Notes: a model not told the origin generated them from the letters alone. Positions 1 to 10,111 are shown, counted from the stretch's first letter. The stretch: DNA of 32,000 bases from Demequinaceae bacterium (GCA_965250005.1 OZ252279.1:1650001-1682000), one strand, 5' to 3'. Numbers and translations are program-made.

Positions 1-1824
1 GAGCGCGTCCATGATCCGTTCGTCAACGATCGCGTTGGTCTTGATCTTGATCCACGCGTCCTCGCCGGCGCCCGCTCGCGCCGCTTCTGCCTCGATTCGA
101 TCAAGGAGCCCCACCCGGACGTCCTTGGGCGCTACCAGCAGCCGGCGGAATTTGGCTTTGGGCGCGTAGCCGCTTAGTTGGTTGAAGAGCTTGGTTAGGT
201 CCGCGCCGACCTCGGCGTCCGCGGTCAGCAGACCGTAGTCCTCATACAGTCGCGCGGTGCGCGGGTGGTAGTTACCGGTGCCGATGTGGCAGTAGCGCCT
301 CAGTCCGTCGTCCTCCTGGCGGACCACCAGGGAGAGTTTGCAGTGGGTCTTGAGGCCCACGAGGCCGTAGACCACGTGCACGCCGGCCTGCTCGAGTTTG
401 CGGGCCCACGAGATATTGCGCTCCTCGTCGAACCGTGCCTTGATCTCCACGAGCGCGAGCACCTGCTTGCCCGCCTTCGCGGCCTGGATGAGAGCGTCGA
501 CGATCGGGGAGTCACCGGACGTCCGGTAGAGCGTCTGTTTGATCGCGAGCACCTTGGGGTCTCGCGCGGCTTGTGCGAGGAACGCCTGCACGGAAGTCGA
601 GAAGGAGTCGTACGGGTGGTGCAGGAGGATGTCGCCGCGTGAGATCGCCTCGAACACGTCGCCGGCGTCGGCCGTTTCAACCGGAGAGAGCTGGTGGTGG
701 GTCGTGGGACGGAACGCCTCGAATTGGAGTGCGGGACGGTCTAGGTCCGCAATCACGTTGAGGCCGGTCAGGTCGAGCGGTGACGGCAAGTGAAAGACGT
801 CGGCCTCGGTGATGCCGAGTTCGCGCACCAGCAGTTCCCGGACGGCCGTGGAAAGATCTTCCGCCACCTCGAGCCGAACAGCCGGGCCGAAGCGGCGTCG
901 CAGCAATTCCTGCTCCATGGCCTTGAGGATGTTCTCGGCGTCGTCTTCCTCGACCTCGACGTCTTCGTTGCGGGTTACGCGGAACGTGTAGTGGCTGACG
1001 ATTTCCATGCCGGGAAACAGGTATTCAAGTTGCGCGGCGATGACGTCCTCAAGCGGGACGAAGCTGCGCGGTCCCGTGTCCAGCGCGGAGGCATCGGTGA
1101 CCTGGGAGGCCTTGCCCTTGGCGTCGACGGCGAGGAAACGGGGAAGCGTCTCCGGAACCTTGACGCGCGCAAAGCGGTCCTTGCCGTTGTCTGGATCGCG
1201 CGTCTCGACTGCGAGGTTGAGCGAGAGGCCGGAGATGTATGGAAACGGGTGGGCCGGGTCCACGGCAAGGGGGGTGAGGACGGGGAAGATGTCCTGGCGG
1301 AAGAGGCGGCGCAGGCGGTCGTGCTCTTTGTCGTCGAGTTCGTCCCAGTGGACAATGTGGATGCCCTCCTCGTCTAGGCGCGGAAAGACTTGACCGGTGA
1401 AGATTTCGGAGTGACGGTTCATGAGTTCGTGGGCGCGTTCGGTGAGCGATTCAACCAGCCGCGTGGGGCTCATGCCGGTTGCGCTCGGTACCGCGAAGCC
1501 CGCCGCGATGCGACGCTTGAGGCCAGCAAGCCGCACCATGAAGAATTCGTCCAAGTTGGACGCGAAGATCGCGAGGAAGCGGGCGCGCTCAAGCAGCGGC
1601 GTCTGAGGATCCTCCGCCAATTCGAGTACGCGCTCGTTGAACGCGAGCCAACTGAGTTCGCGGTCGAGGAACCGGTCTTCGGGAAGCGCTACTTCACTGT
1701 CAGGGACCTTCGCCCCCGTGGACGATCGCACGCCCTTGGTGATCGTGGGCAACGCGAAGGTTTCGTCCGCATCGGGCTCCGTGACGGCGGCCTTCTTGGA
1801 CTTCGCTGCTCGGGCCTCGGACAT
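1..1824 (-). CDS. ppk: Polyphosphate kinase 1 (PPK1), C-terminal part cut off by the window edge
   Basis: Absent from the ORF track because it has no stop codon in the window. Hand translation of the reverse strand from the ATG (complement of 1822-1824) gives [23 protein letters not shown]...[62 protein letters not shown]. This is the conserved PPK1 N-terminal signature. An in-frame TAG 12 codons upstream bounds the start. The same frame at nt 1-72 reads [24 protein letters not shown], which is PPK1-like. No listed minus-strand ORF uses this frame, consistent with one long open frame. Confidence 0.9.
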   Translation of the reverse strand, partial: MSEARAAKSKKAAVTEPDADETFALPTITKGVRSSTGAKVPDSEVALPEDRFLDRELSWLAFNERVLELAEDPQTPLLERARFLAIFASNLDEFFMVRLAGLKRRIAAGFAVPSATGMSPTRLVESLTERAHELMNRHSEIFTGQVFPRLDEEGIHIVHWDELDDKEHDRLRRLFRQDIFPVLTPLAVDPAHPFPYISGLSLNLAVETRDPDNGKDRFARVKVPETLPRFLAVDAKGKASQVTDASALDTGPRSFVPLEDVIAAQLEYLFPGMEIVSHYTFRVTRNEDVEVEEDDAENILKAMEQELLRRRFGPAVRLEVAEDLSTAVRELLVRELGITEADVFHLPSPLDLTGLNVIADLDRPALQFEAFRPTTHHQLSPVETADAGDVFEAISRGDILLHHPYDSFSTSVQAFLAQAARDPKVLAIKQTLYRTSGDSPIVDALIQAAKAGKQVLALVEIKARFDEERNISWARKLEQAGVHVVYGLVGLKTHCKLSLVVRQEDDGLRRYCHIGTGNYHPRTARLYEDYGLLTADAEVGADLTKLFNQLSGYAPKAKFRRLLVAPKDVRVGLLDRIEAEAARAGAGEDAWIKIKTNAIVDERIMDAL

Positions 1825-1903
1825 GACCCCATGGTGGCACGCGGTGACCCGGACCTTCTACCGGTGCACGCGTTCGCAACACGCACACCGGCTCTGGTGG
1901 TGC

Positions 1904-2113
1904 CTAGTCGTCGAGGATGAATGTCACCATCAGGTGAACGACGTACCCGGTGACCTTGCCGTCAGCGATCTCCACCTTCTGGTCTTTGACCCACGCTCCC
2001 TTGACGTTGCGAAGCGTCTTGTTGGCGCGCTCAACGCCCACGTTTACTGCGTCCTCGAAGCTCTTGGCACTCTTGGAGCTGATCTCGGTAATCCGTGCAA
2101 CAGAATCTGACAT
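1904..2113 (-). CDS. Dodecin-family small flavin-binding protein (69 aa)
   Basis: The size and sequence (MSDSVARITEISSKSAKSFEDAVNVGVERANKTLRNVKGAWVKDQKVEIADGKVTGYVVHLMVTFILDD) follow the dodecin pattern: x-I-E-I-x-G/S-x-S at the N-terminus, then beta-strands ending in a V-T/K-F motif. Confidence 0.7.
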   Translation of the reverse strand: MSDSVARITEISSKSAKSFEDAVNVGVERANKTLRNVKGAWVKDQKVEIADGKVTGYVVHLMVTFILDD

Positions 2114-2350
2114 GAACGTCTCCCATCTTCGGCCTGGACCGTCCGGGCCGTCTCTTCACGGTACGAGCCGCACCCGGATGCGGCAAGCAGTCGGCTGGAT
2201 ACTTCGTGCTTCGTGGGGCGCGAATCATTCCCGGGGACGATGCCGCCGCGCCGGTCACAGGCGTACGTTTGAAGTGAAAGCGGCGATCACGCCACGGCAG
2301 GCGAGCCGCGTCAGACGGTCGCCAATGGCGCGGCAGAAAGTAGGAACCTG

Positions 2351-3259
2351 ATGGCCTCAAAGCCCGTCATCGAGATCGACAACCTCACCAAGATGTACGG
2401 CAAGTTCACGGCGGTGAGCGAGTTGTCCCTGAGCATCGACGAGGGTGAAATCTTTGGCTTCCTCGGGCCCAACGGCGCGGGCAAGACCACTACGATGCGC
2501 ACGGTGCTGGACCTCATTCGCCCCACGGAGGGCACCATCACTATTCTCGGGCTGGACTCCCACGAGGACTCCGTCGAGATCCGCAATCACGTGGGGTACC
2601 TCCCCGGCGACCTTGCCCTGTACCCGAGCCTCACCGGCCGCGAGACGTTGCAATACTTCGCGAACTTGCGCGGCGGCGTCGACTGGGAATGGGTCGACAC
2701 GCTCGCGGAGCGGTTCGAGGCGGATCTCACGCGCAAGGTGGGCGACTACTCGTCCGGAAACCGCCAGAAGGTGGGCCTGCTCCAGGCGTTCATGTCCAAG
2801 CCCGAGGTGTACATCCTTGATGAGCCCAGCACCGGCCTCGACCCGCTCATGCAGCAGGAGTTCCAGTCGCTGCTCCGCGAGGTCACGGCTGAGGGCTCGA
2901 CGGTCTTCCTGTCCAGCCACACACTGAGCGAGGTTGAGCGCGTCGCGGGCCGCGTGGGCTTCATTCGTGAGGGCAAACTGGTCGCTGTCGAGCAGATGGC
3001 GGACCTGCACGACAAGGCGCTGCGCCGGGTCTCCCTCCACTTTTCCAAGCCGGTGAAGGCGTCGGCGTTCGCCAAGGTTCAGGGTGTTCGGGAGGTCGAG
3101 GTGGACGACGTCCGCGCGACCGTCTCGTACGAGGGCTCGATGGAGCCGCTGCTGAAGGCGGCGACCGCGCTCGGCGTGCTCTCGTTGTCGAGTTCGAGTG
3201 TCGATCTCGATGAGATCTTCTTGGCGTTTTACAAGGGATCGGCGAAGGCGAGCACGTGA
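2351..3259 (+). CDS. ABC transporter ATP-binding subunit (ABC-2/DrrA-like exporter type)
   Basis: Walker A GPNGAGKTT, ABC signature SSGNRQKV, Walker B VYILDEPSTGLD and H-loop SSHTL are all present. The stop codon overlaps the start of the downstream permease (GTGA at 3256-3259). Confidence 0.92.
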   Translation: MASKPVIEIDNLTKMYGKFTAVSELSLSIDEGEIFGFLGPNGAGKTTTMRTVLDLIRPTEGTITILGLDSHEDSVEIRNHVGYLPGDLALYPSLTGRETLQYFANLRGGVDWEWVDTLAERFEADLTRKVGDYSSGNRQKVGLLQAFMSKPEVYILDEPSTGLDPLMQQEFQSLLREVTAEGSTVFLSSHTLSEVERVAGRVGFIREGKLVAVEQMADLHDKALRRVSLHFSKPVKASAFAKVQGVREVEVDDVRATVSYEGSMEPLLKAATALGVLSLSSSSVDLDEIFLAFYKGSAKAST

Positions 3260-4917
3260 TGCTGTTCTCGATCTATTCGAAGGCGCTGCGAGAGCGGTGG
3301 ATGGGGCTGCTGATCGGCGCAGCGTCGGTGGCAGGGATCGCGTGGATGGGGGTGTGGGTCTACGCAGACATCGGCGACGCGTCGAACGAGTTGTTCGAAC
3401 TTATGCCAGAAGCCTTCCTCAACGTGCTCGGGCTGGCGACAGGCCTCGACTCCAGCGCGCTGATCCTGAGCGAGATGGCCAACTTCATTGCCCCGATGAT
3501 CCTGTGCGGTATCGCCATCACCATGGGAGCCGATGCGGTGGCGGGCGAGGAGCGGTGGGGCACCATGGGCCTGCTGCTGGCGAACCCGCGCAGCCGGTTG
3601 CGGCTGGTGGTCGAGAAATTTGCGGCCATCGCGACCGTGGTGACGGTGGGTGCAGCGCTGATGTGGGGCGCTTACTGGTTCGGGCTTTGGAGCAACGGCG
3701 CGAGTGGCGAGGGCATGCACCTCGGCTCGGCCTCGGTCCACCTCGCGGCGCTCGCGCTGTTCTTCGGCGCGCTTTCACTCGCCGTCGGCGCGTGGACGGG
3801 AGACACCTTCCGCGCGAACATGACGGGCGTCACCGTGATGCTCGTCTCGTTCCTCGCGTCCGGCCTGCTGCCGTTGTACGAATGGGGCGAAGCGTGGGCG
3901 AGGTTCTTCCCGTGGCACTACCTGGACGGCGCGCAGCCGTTCCTGCAAGGCGTGCACTGGGGCCACGTGGGGCTGCTTGTCGGCGCCGCTGTTGTGATGT
4001 TCGCACTTGCGCTCGTGGGCGTTCGCGGGCGGGACCTCAAGGTGGGCGAGGAGCGCACCACGCTGCTCGACCGGATGGCCCGCAACCCGCACTTCGCATC
4101 TACTGCAGAGAAGATCGCCGGCCAGGCGCAGGTCAAGAGCATTCTGACCAAGACGACGAGCGAGTCGCGCACCATCATGTCGATCGCGGCGGGAGGCATG
4201 TTCTATATGGCTGTGCTGCTCGGCCCGATGTTCAAGGGTGTGGCGTCCGAGCTCGGCTCCCTGGTTGACGCGTTCCCCGAGTCCATGCTCGCGATGGTGG
4301 GGTGGGCCGACTACAGCCAACCCACGGGCTGGTACCACGGCGAGATCTTCTCCATCCTTGCGCCCATCGCGGTTGCCCTCGTGGGCATCAACATGGGAGC
4401 CAAGGCGCTCGCGGGCGAGGAGCGCGACCGGACTATGGGTGTGCTGCTCGACAACCCCATACAGCGGCTGCGGGTCATCTACGAAAAGGCCGGGTCGATG
4501 CTGCTGATGATGGCGATCGTCGGCGTGGCCACCTTCGCGGGAACCATGCTCGGCAACTGGTGGGGCGGGCTGGGACTCAGCGCAGCGAACGTTGCCGCGG
4601 CCTGCGTTCACCTGGTTGTTTTTGGCGCGTTCATGGGTGCGATCGCACTCTTCCTTGGCGCATGGACCGGGCGGTCCGGGATCGCCACCGGTGGGGCGAC
4701 TGGATTGATGGTGCTCTTTTACGCCACCGCGAGCTTCCTGCCGATCAACTCCGACGTCGCCTTCTGGGCGGAGTTCTCGCCGTTCCACTACTACGCAAGC
4801 CACCTGCCGCTCGAGAATGGGTTCGACTGGGGGCACCTGGGAGTGCTCATGGCGCTGACGGCGGTACTCGTCACCACCAGCACGTGGGCCTTCCAGCGAC
4901 GCGACCTGCGCGGTTAG
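3256..4917 (+). CDS. ABC-2 type permease with an internally duplicated membrane domain (553 aa)
   Basis: Strongly hydrophobic, multi-pass and translationally coupled to the ATPase. The two halves share motifs: AGEERWGTMGLLLANPRSRLRLVVEKF versus AGEERDRTMGVLLDNPIQRLRVIYEK, and FFPWHYLDG...HWGHVGLLV...GRDLK versus FSPFHYYAS...DWGHLGVLM...RRDLR. The start could instead be the ATG at 3259. Confidence 0.8.
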   Translation: MMLFSIYSKALRERWMGLLIGAASVAGIAWMGVWVYADIGDASNELFELMPEAFLNVLGLATGLDSSALILSEMANFIAPMILCGIAITMGADAVAGEERWGTMGLLLANPRSRLRLVVEKFAAIATVVTVGAALMWGAYWFGLWSNGASGEGMHLGSASVHLAALALFFGALSLAVGAWTGDTFRANMTGVTVMLVSFLASGLLPLYEWGEAWARFFPWHYLDGAQPFLQGVHWGHVGLLVGAAVVMFALALVGVRGRDLKVGEERTTLLDRMARNPHFASTAEKIAGQAQVKSILTKTTSESRTIMSIAAGGMFYMAVLLGPMFKGVASELGSLVDAFPESMLAMVGWADYSQPTGWYHGEIFSILAPIAVALVGINMGAKALAGEERDRTMGVLLDNPIQRLRVIYEKAGSMLLMMAIVGVATFAGTMLGNWWGGLGLSAANVAAACVHLVVFGAFMGAIALFLGAWTGRSGIATGGATGLMVLFYATASFLPINSDVAFWAEFSPFHYYASHLPLENGFDWGHLGVLMALTAVLVTTSTWAFQRRDLRG

Positions 4918-4934
4918 AGCCCAGACGGCACAAA

Positions 4935-4963
4935 GCGCCGGTCCGCTGAGGGAGGACCGGCGC
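4935..4963. terminator. Hairpin between convergent genes (GCGCCGGTCC-9 nt-GGACCGGCGC)
   Basis: Perfect 10-bp GC-rich inverted repeat in the 60-bp gap between the permease stop (4917) and the cupredoxin stop (4978). It has no clear T-tract. Confidence 0.4.
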
Positions 4964-4977
4964 CTCGCAGTTCTGCC

Positions 4978-5409
4978 CTAGGTCACCGTGATGGTGAGGG
5001 ACATTCCTGCGCTGCGGTGCTGGCCTACCGAGCACCACAACTCGTAGGTCCCGGCGGGAAGGTCAACGATGACCTGGTCCATCTCGCCTGCGTTGATCAG
5101 CACGGACGACGCGGTCTCGATGCCGTCGCCCTCGATCATGAGCGAGTGAGGTGCTCCGCCATGGTTATCCACCTGGAACGTGTACGTCCCGGCTTCGAAC
5201 GTCTCTCGGTCCAGCGTGATCGAAAACTCTTCCTCGATGACGCTGACGACGGTGCCCTGGGGCTCCTCTTTCTCCATTGCCTCGGTGGTCTCTACTATCG
5301 TCGGCGTTTCCGCTGCTTCTGCTTCCGACTCCGCGGTCGCACAGCCTGAGAGGACAAGCGCCGTGGTGGCCGCGAGTGCGAGCACCTGCTTGGTGGTTGA
5401 TGCTGCCAT
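4978..5409 (-). CDS. Cupredoxin-like (type 1 blue copper) lipoprotein
   Basis: Signal peptide with lipobox LSGC, then an E/T/A-rich linker. Candidate copper ligands are H in GGAPHSL and C-x5-H-x5-M in WCSVGQHRSAGM. An AAGGAG RBS lies 10 nt upstream of the ATG. Confidence 0.72.
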   Translation of the reverse strand: MAASTTKQVLALAATTALVLSGCATAESEAEAAETPTIVETTEAMEKEEPQGTVVSVIEEEFSITLDRETFEAGTYTFQVDNHGGAPHSLMIEGDGIETASSVLINAGEMDQVIVDLPAGTYELWCSVGQHRSAGMSLTITVT

Positions 5410-5528
5410 GGTGATATCGCTCCTTTGTCACCGACAGTTCGCGCTCGTACCGCCCGTGGATTGGCCACTGCGCCAAGTCGTGGCCCCGGATAGTGTTACC
5501 TCAAGACCCCCGCGTCAAAGGAGATGCC

Positions 5529-7394
5529 ATGAACAAGCCGTCGATGAGTCAACGCTTCCGGTACTGGTTCGACAACCTGATGGCTCGTGGCACGGGAGCG
5601 CTGGTGCTCTTGCTCGGTCTCGCAACTACCGTCTTGGTCACGGCGATTGCAGCAGTGCTGCTGCTGGTCAACAAGGGTCCGGACGACGGCAACTCCGACG
5701 GCGCGGCAGAGACGGTGTGGCAGAGCCTCATGCGCGCACTCGACGCCGGCAGCGTCGCGGGCGACGGAGGTTGGCAGTATCGCGGGTTGATGCTGGTGGT
5801 GACCATCGGCGGACTGTTCGTGGTTGCCAGCCTCATCTCGATCATTTCAGGAGCGTTTGACGCCAAGGTTGAGGATCTGCGCAAGGGCCGCTCCAAGGTC
5901 ATCGAGACCGGCCACACCGTGATCCTGGGGTGGAACTCTAAGGTCGGGCCGATCATCAGCGAGTTGAGCATCGCGAACGAGTCCGAGAAGCGCGCCGCGA
6001 TCGTGGTGCTCGCAAACCAGGACAAGGTCGAGATGGAGGACGAGATCCGCGCCGCGGTGCCCGACACCCGCACTACCCGCGTGATCTGCCGCTCGGGCGA
6101 TCCGATGGACCAGGACGATCTGCTGCTCGCCAACCCGTTTGAGGCGCGCAGCATCATTGTGCTGGGTGACGAGGCGAGCGAGGACCCAGACTCGCGGGCC
6201 ATCAAGGCGACGCTCGCGCTCACCGGCCACCCCGAACGCACGGACCGCAAGATGCACATCGTTGGCCAGATTCGGAATCACGAGAACGTCGAGGTCGCCC
6301 GGCTTGTGGGCAAGGACGAGGCCAAGTGGATTCTCGCGCACGAGAAGATCGGCCAGATCACCGCGCAGACGTCGCGCCAACCTGGCCTGTCGAGCGTCTA
6401 TACCGAGCTGCTCGACTTCGATGGCGACGAGGTCTACTTCACCCACCAGGTAACCCTCACCGGCAAGACGTACTACGAAGCCCAGCTAGCCTTTGTGGAC
6501 TGCTCGGTCATGGGGATTGTGTCTGACGGCACTATCCACTTGAACCCGCCCGCCGCGACGGTGCTTGGCAAGCGCGACGAGCTAATTGTGATCGCCGAGG
6601 ACGATTCGGTCATCACCGTCGCCACGCCGGGAGAGCCCAACGCGAAGGCTATCCAAACGGCAAAAAGCCCGGCGCCCAAGCCGGAGAAGACGCTGGTGCT
6701 TGGCTTCAACAAGCGCGTGCCTGCGCTGCTGGCCGAGCTCGACCAGTACGTGGCCAAGGGCTCGAGCGTCACGCTTATGTCGGCCGTTCCGGTCGATGGG
6801 GTGGCCAACTTGCCTAACTCCACCGTCAAAGTGGTCAAGGGAGACGCGGCCAAGCGGGCAGACCTCAACAAGGTCAAGGCCACGAGCTTCGACCACGTCA
6901 TCATCGTGGCGTACCGCGACGACATGGATGCCCAGGACGCGGACGCCAAGACCCTGGTCGCCCTGTTGCACCTGCGCGAAATAGTGAACGAAAAGGCCAC
7001 CAAGATCAACGTTGTCAGCGAGATGCTCGACGACCGCAACCGCAAGCTCGCGGAGATCACTCAGCCCGACGACTTCATCGTGAGCGACCAGATGATTAGC
7101 CTGATGATCTCGCAAGTCTCAGAGAACCCGTTGCTGTCCGACATGTTCGACTCGCTGTTCGGCGCCGATGGCGCGGAAGTCTACCTGCGGCCCGCCGAAT
7201 GGTACGTGAAGCCAGGCGCCGAGGTGGACTTCTACTCGGTGGTCGCTGGTGCGAACAAGCGCGGCGAGTCCGCAATCGGGTACCGGATCGCCGCGACGGC
7301 CGACGCGCCCGCCGAGGTGATCGTCAACCCAAACAAGGCAGGGCTGCTGGCATTCAAGCCGGGCGACTCAGTCGTGGTGCTCGCGGAGGACTAG
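5529..7394 (+). CDS. CASTOR/POLLUX-related putative ion channel with two RCK/TrkA-N-like domains
   Basis: I moved the start to the ATG at 5529, which follows an AAGGAG RBS at 5518-5523. The N-terminus FRYWFDNLMARGTGALV, two TM helices flanking a pore-like loop, and two Rossmann-like entry motifs (HTVILGWNSKVGPIISEL and TLVLGFNKRVPALLAEL) are typical of this family. Confidence 0.72.
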   Translation: MNKPSMSQRFRYWFDNLMARGTGALVLLLGLATTVLVTAIAAVLLLVNKGPDDGNSDGAAETVWQSLMRALDAGSVAGDGGWQYRGLMLVVTIGGLFVVASLISIISGAFDAKVEDLRKGRSKVIETGHTVILGWNSKVGPIISELSIANESEKRAAIVVLANQDKVEMEDEIRAAVPDTRTTRVICRSGDPMDQDDLLLANPFEARSIIVLGDEASEDPDSRAIKATLALTGHPERTDRKMHIVGQIRNHENVEVARLVGKDEAKWILAHEKIGQITAQTSRQPGLSSVYTELLDFDGDEVYFTHQVTLTGKTYYEAQLAFVDCSVMGIVSDGTIHLNPPAATVLGKRDELIVIAEDDSVITVATPGEPNAKAIQTAKSPAPKPEKTLVLGFNKRVPALLAELDQYVAKGSSVTLMSAVPVDGVANLPNSTVKVVKGDAAKRADLNKVKATSFDHVIIVAYRDDMDAQDADAKTLVALLHLREIVNEKATKINVVSEMLDDRNRKLAEITQPDDFIVSDQMISLMISQVSENPLLSDMFDSLFGADGAEVYLRPAEWYVKPGAEVDFYSVVAGANKRGESAIGYRIAATADAPAEVIVNPNKAGLLAFKPGDSVVVLAED

Positions 7395-7411
7395 CGGGCG
7401 TGCCCGAAGAC

Positions 7412-7430
7412 CGAGGCTCTCGGGGTCTGT
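7412..7430. terminator. Weak imperfect hairpin between convergent channel and acs genes
   Basis: GACCGAGGCTCTCGGGGTC contains a CCGAG/CTCGG stem with a bulged extension, in the 48-bp gap between stops at 7394 and 7443. Confidence 0.25.
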
Positions 7431-7442
7431 TCAGAAGGCGGT

Positions 7443-9437
7443 TTAGCCCTCGTCTGCTTTGCCTGACTCGAGTCCGGAGCTGATCGCGTCCATGACGGAG
7501 CCATCTGCGAGGGTCGTGACGTCGCCGACTGGGCGGTGTTCCGCAACATCGCGGAGCAGGCGGCGCATGATCTTGCCCGAGCGAGTCTTAGGCACTTCGG
7601 AAACCACCAGAATGGTCCGCGGGCGCGCGATCGCGCCGATCTCCTTGGTGACGTGCTTGCGTAGCGCAACCGCGATTTCGTGGCCGTCATCCGAGGCATC
7701 AACGGCGTCGGAACGGATGATCACGAACGCGACCACTGCCTGGCCGGTTACGTCGTCCTTGGCGCCAACTACGGCGGATTCTGCGACCCACGGGTGCGAG
7801 ACGAGCGCGTGCTCAATCTCGGTAGTGGTGAGGCGGTGGCCGGAGACGTTCATCACGTCGTCCACGCGGCCGAGCAGCCACAGGTTCCCGTCGGCGTCTC
7901 GCTTAGCGCCGTCGCCCGCGAAGTAGATCCCGGGGAAGCGCGACCAGTACGTGCGCTCGTAGCGCTCGCGGTCGCCCCAAATGCCGCGCAGCATGGACGG
8001 CCACGGTTCGGTTAGGACAAGGTAGCCGGCGTTGCCAGCTGGGACGGGCTTGCCTTCGTCGTCGACAACTTCGGCGCCGACTCCCGGCAGCGCGTCCATC
8101 GCGGAGCCAGGTTTGGTCGCGGTGATTCCGGGAAGTGGCGAGATGAGGATCGAGCCAGTTTCCGTCTGCCACCACGTGTCAACGATGGGGCAGCGGTCGC
8201 CGCCGATCACACGGCGGTACCACATCCACGCCTCGGGGTTGATGGGCTCGCCCACCGAGCCGAGCAGGCGCAGCGAACTCAGGTCGAACTCGTTGGGGAT
8301 CGCCTCGCCCCACTTCATGAATGTGCGGATCGCGGTGGGCGCGGTGTAAAAGATTGTCACCCCGTACTTCTGGATGATCTCCCACCAGCGACCCTGGTGC
8401 GGGCTGTTGGGGACGCCTTCGTAGAGCACCTGCGTCGCCCCGTTGATCATGGGCCCGTAGACAATATACGAGTGGCCCGTGATCCAGCCGACGTCAGCTG
8501 TGCACCAGTAGACGTCGGTTTCTGGTTTGAGATCGAACACGTTGTGGTGGGTCCACGACGCCTGCGTTAGGAAGCCGCCGGTGGTGTGGAACAGCCCTTT
8601 GGGCGGGCCCGTGGTGCCCGAGGTGTACAAAATGAACAGCGGGTGCTCCGACTCGACCATCACCGGAGTGTGTTGGTCGCTCGCTGGCTCCACGATGTCG
8701 TGCCACCAGAGGTCGCGGCCGTCTGTCCACTCGGTGGGCTGGAGCGTCCGTTGAACCACCAGTACGGTCTTCACACTTTCGCAGGGCTCGGGGTGGTGGT
8801 CGCTCGCTGCAAGTGCGGCGTCCACCAGCGGCTTGAGCCCAAACGGCGCACCCTTGCGGAAACCGCCGTCGGCCGTGATGACCAGTTTGGCCTCTGCGTC
8901 GTCAATGCGCTGGCGCAGGCTTTCCGCGCTGAAACCGCCAAAGACTACGGAGTGGATGGCTCCAATGCGGGCGCAGGCCAGCATCGCGACCACGGCTTCG
9001 GGGATTTGAGGTAGGTAGATTGCGACGCGGTCGCCCTTGGTGACCCCTAGCGACTCGAGTGCGTTCGCGGCTTTCGAGACGCGTGTGAGCATGTCCGCGT
9101 AGGTGATGGTCGCGGTATCGCCGGGCTCGCCCTCGAAGTGGAAGGCGACCCGCTCGCCGCGACCCTCGCGTACGTGGCGATCCACGGCGTTGTCGCATGC
9201 GTTGAGAGTGCCGTCCGCAAACCAACGGGCTACGGGCGCATCGGACCAGTCGAGTTTCTCGGTGAATGGCTTGTCCCAGTGGAGGCGGAGCGCCTGTTCC
9301 GCCCAGAAGTCGGTGCGGTCCTTATTGGCATGCTCGTAAATCCATTCGCGAGCGTTCGCATTCTGCTGAAACTCGAGCGAGGGCGGGAAAGTGCGGGACT
9401 CCGTGTGGAGTGCTGAGATGTGGGCTTCGTTGACCAT
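7443..9437 (-). CDS. acs: Acetyl-CoA synthetase (acetate--CoA ligase)
   Basis: 664 aa with the AMP-binding motif [18 protein letters not shown], and the C-terminal [11 protein letters not shown]. The N-terminus (FWAEQA...W) is typical of Acs. Confidence 0.95.
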   Translation of the reverse strand: MVNEAHISALHTESRTFPPSLEFQQNANAREWIYEHANKDRTDFWAEQALRLHWDKPFTEKLDWSDAPVARWFADGTLNACDNAVDRHVREGRGERVAFHFEGEPGDTATITYADMLTRVSKAANALESLGVTKGDRVAIYLPQIPEAVVAMLACARIGAIHSVVFGGFSAESLRQRIDDAEAKLVITADGGFRKGAPFGLKPLVDAALAASDHHPEPCESVKTVLVVQRTLQPTEWTDGRDLWWHDIVEPASDQHTPVMVESEHPLFILYTSGTTGPPKGLFHTTGGFLTQASWTHHNVFDLKPETDVYWCTADVGWITGHSYIVYGPMINGATQVLYEGVPNSPHQGRWWEIIQKYGVTIFYTAPTAIRTFMKWGEAIPNEFDLSSLRLLGSVGEPINPEAWMWYRRVIGGDRCPIVDTWWQTETGSILISPLPGITATKPGSAMDALPGVGAEVVDDEGKPVPAGNAGYLVLTEPWPSMLRGIWGDRERYERTYWSRFPGIYFAGDGAKRDADGNLWLLGRVDDVMNVSGHRLTTTEIEHALVSHPWVAESAVVGAKDDVTGQAVVAFVIIRSDAVDASDDGHEIAVALRKHVTKEIGAIARPRTILVVSEVPKTRSGKIMRRLLRDVAEHRPVGDVTTLADGSVMDAISSGLESGKADEG

Positions 9438-9507
9438 TGCGTCACTCTACTGTAAAGAAGGCCGCAATGACGCCACCCAATGTCGGCCTCCGTGACACGA
9501 TGATCCC

Positions 9508-9738
9508 ATGCCCGCTCCCCAAGGATTCGAGTACGTCGCCCGCAAGAATGGCGACGTTGTGATCTCTCATCAAGGCCGCGCAGTCACCACGTTGCGCAAG
9601 GTGACCGCCGCGAAGTTCCTCAAGGATGTCAAGGACGGCGACCAACAGGAATTGATGGCACGCGTCACGGGAGACTTTAAGCGCGGCAACGATCGCAAGG
9701 CGTCGCGGAAATCTCGCGGGCGCGACTCAAGATGCTAG
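9508..9738 (+). CDS. Small conserved hypothetical protein (76 aa), paralog of the next gene
   Basis: N-terminal GFEYVARKNGDVVISHQGR...R...A.K.L matches the neighbour's GFEHKERPNGDVAIFHHGK (16 of the first 40 residues identical by hand alignment). The tail is basic. A conserved 12-mer lies upstream. Confidence 0.55.
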   Translation: MPAPQGFEYVARKNGDVVISHQGRAVTTLRKVTAAKFLKDVKDGDQQELMARVTGDFKRGNDRKASRKSRGRDSRC

Positions 9739-9796
9739 GGAGGTGGGTCCGCGGCCGGGGCTCCCGCGTCCTGTCTGGACGTGACACGATGGGGTC

Positions 9797-10078
9797 ATGA
9801 GTACAGCCGAGGGATTTGAACATAAGGAGCGCCCCAATGGGGACGTTGCGATCTTCCACCACGGCAAATTGGCCAAGATGGTTCGCGGAGCAGACGCCAA
9901 GAAGCTGCTCACCGCGTTGGGCAAGAAGAACGCCGATGAGCAGCAAGTAATCGCCGATGCCGTGGGAGGCGCCGCGAGTGCTGCGCGTCCAGGCACCGGA
10001 CCGCAGGGCCCCAAGGGTCTCGGCGGGGACGGCAAGGCGCACGCGCACGCGGAGTTCCGCCGCCGCGGCGGCGGCTGA
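9797..10078 (+). CDS. Small conserved hypothetical protein (93 aa), paralog of 9508..9738
   Basis: Shares the N-terminal GFE-x3-R-x-NGDV-x-I-x-H-x-G module. The C-terminus is Gly/Ala/Pro-rich and basic. The same upstream 12-mer is present. Confidence 0.55.
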   Translation: MSTAEGFEHKERPNGDVAIFHHGKLAKMVRGADAKKLLTALGKKNADEQQVIADAVGGAASAARPGTGPQGPKGLGGDGKAHAHAEFRRRGGG

Positions 10079-10111
10079 GCACCACGCCGCGTCACCGGTA
10101 GCGTCGCACGT

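Noticed and set aside
265-1920. Plus-strand ORFs of 125-195 aa (265..642, 790..1377, 1390..1920 and others).
   Set aside because: They lie antisense to a clear PPK1 reading frame. Their translations are Arg/Gly/Ala-rich with no recognisable motifs, as expected for spurious open frames in high-GC DNA.
3198-4836. Long alternative-frame ORFs (3198..4268 plus strand, 356 aa; 3775..4836 minus strand, 353 aa).
   Set aside because: They overlap the hydrophobic, motif-bearing ABC-2 permease frame, and their translations are Arg/Gly/His-rich junk.
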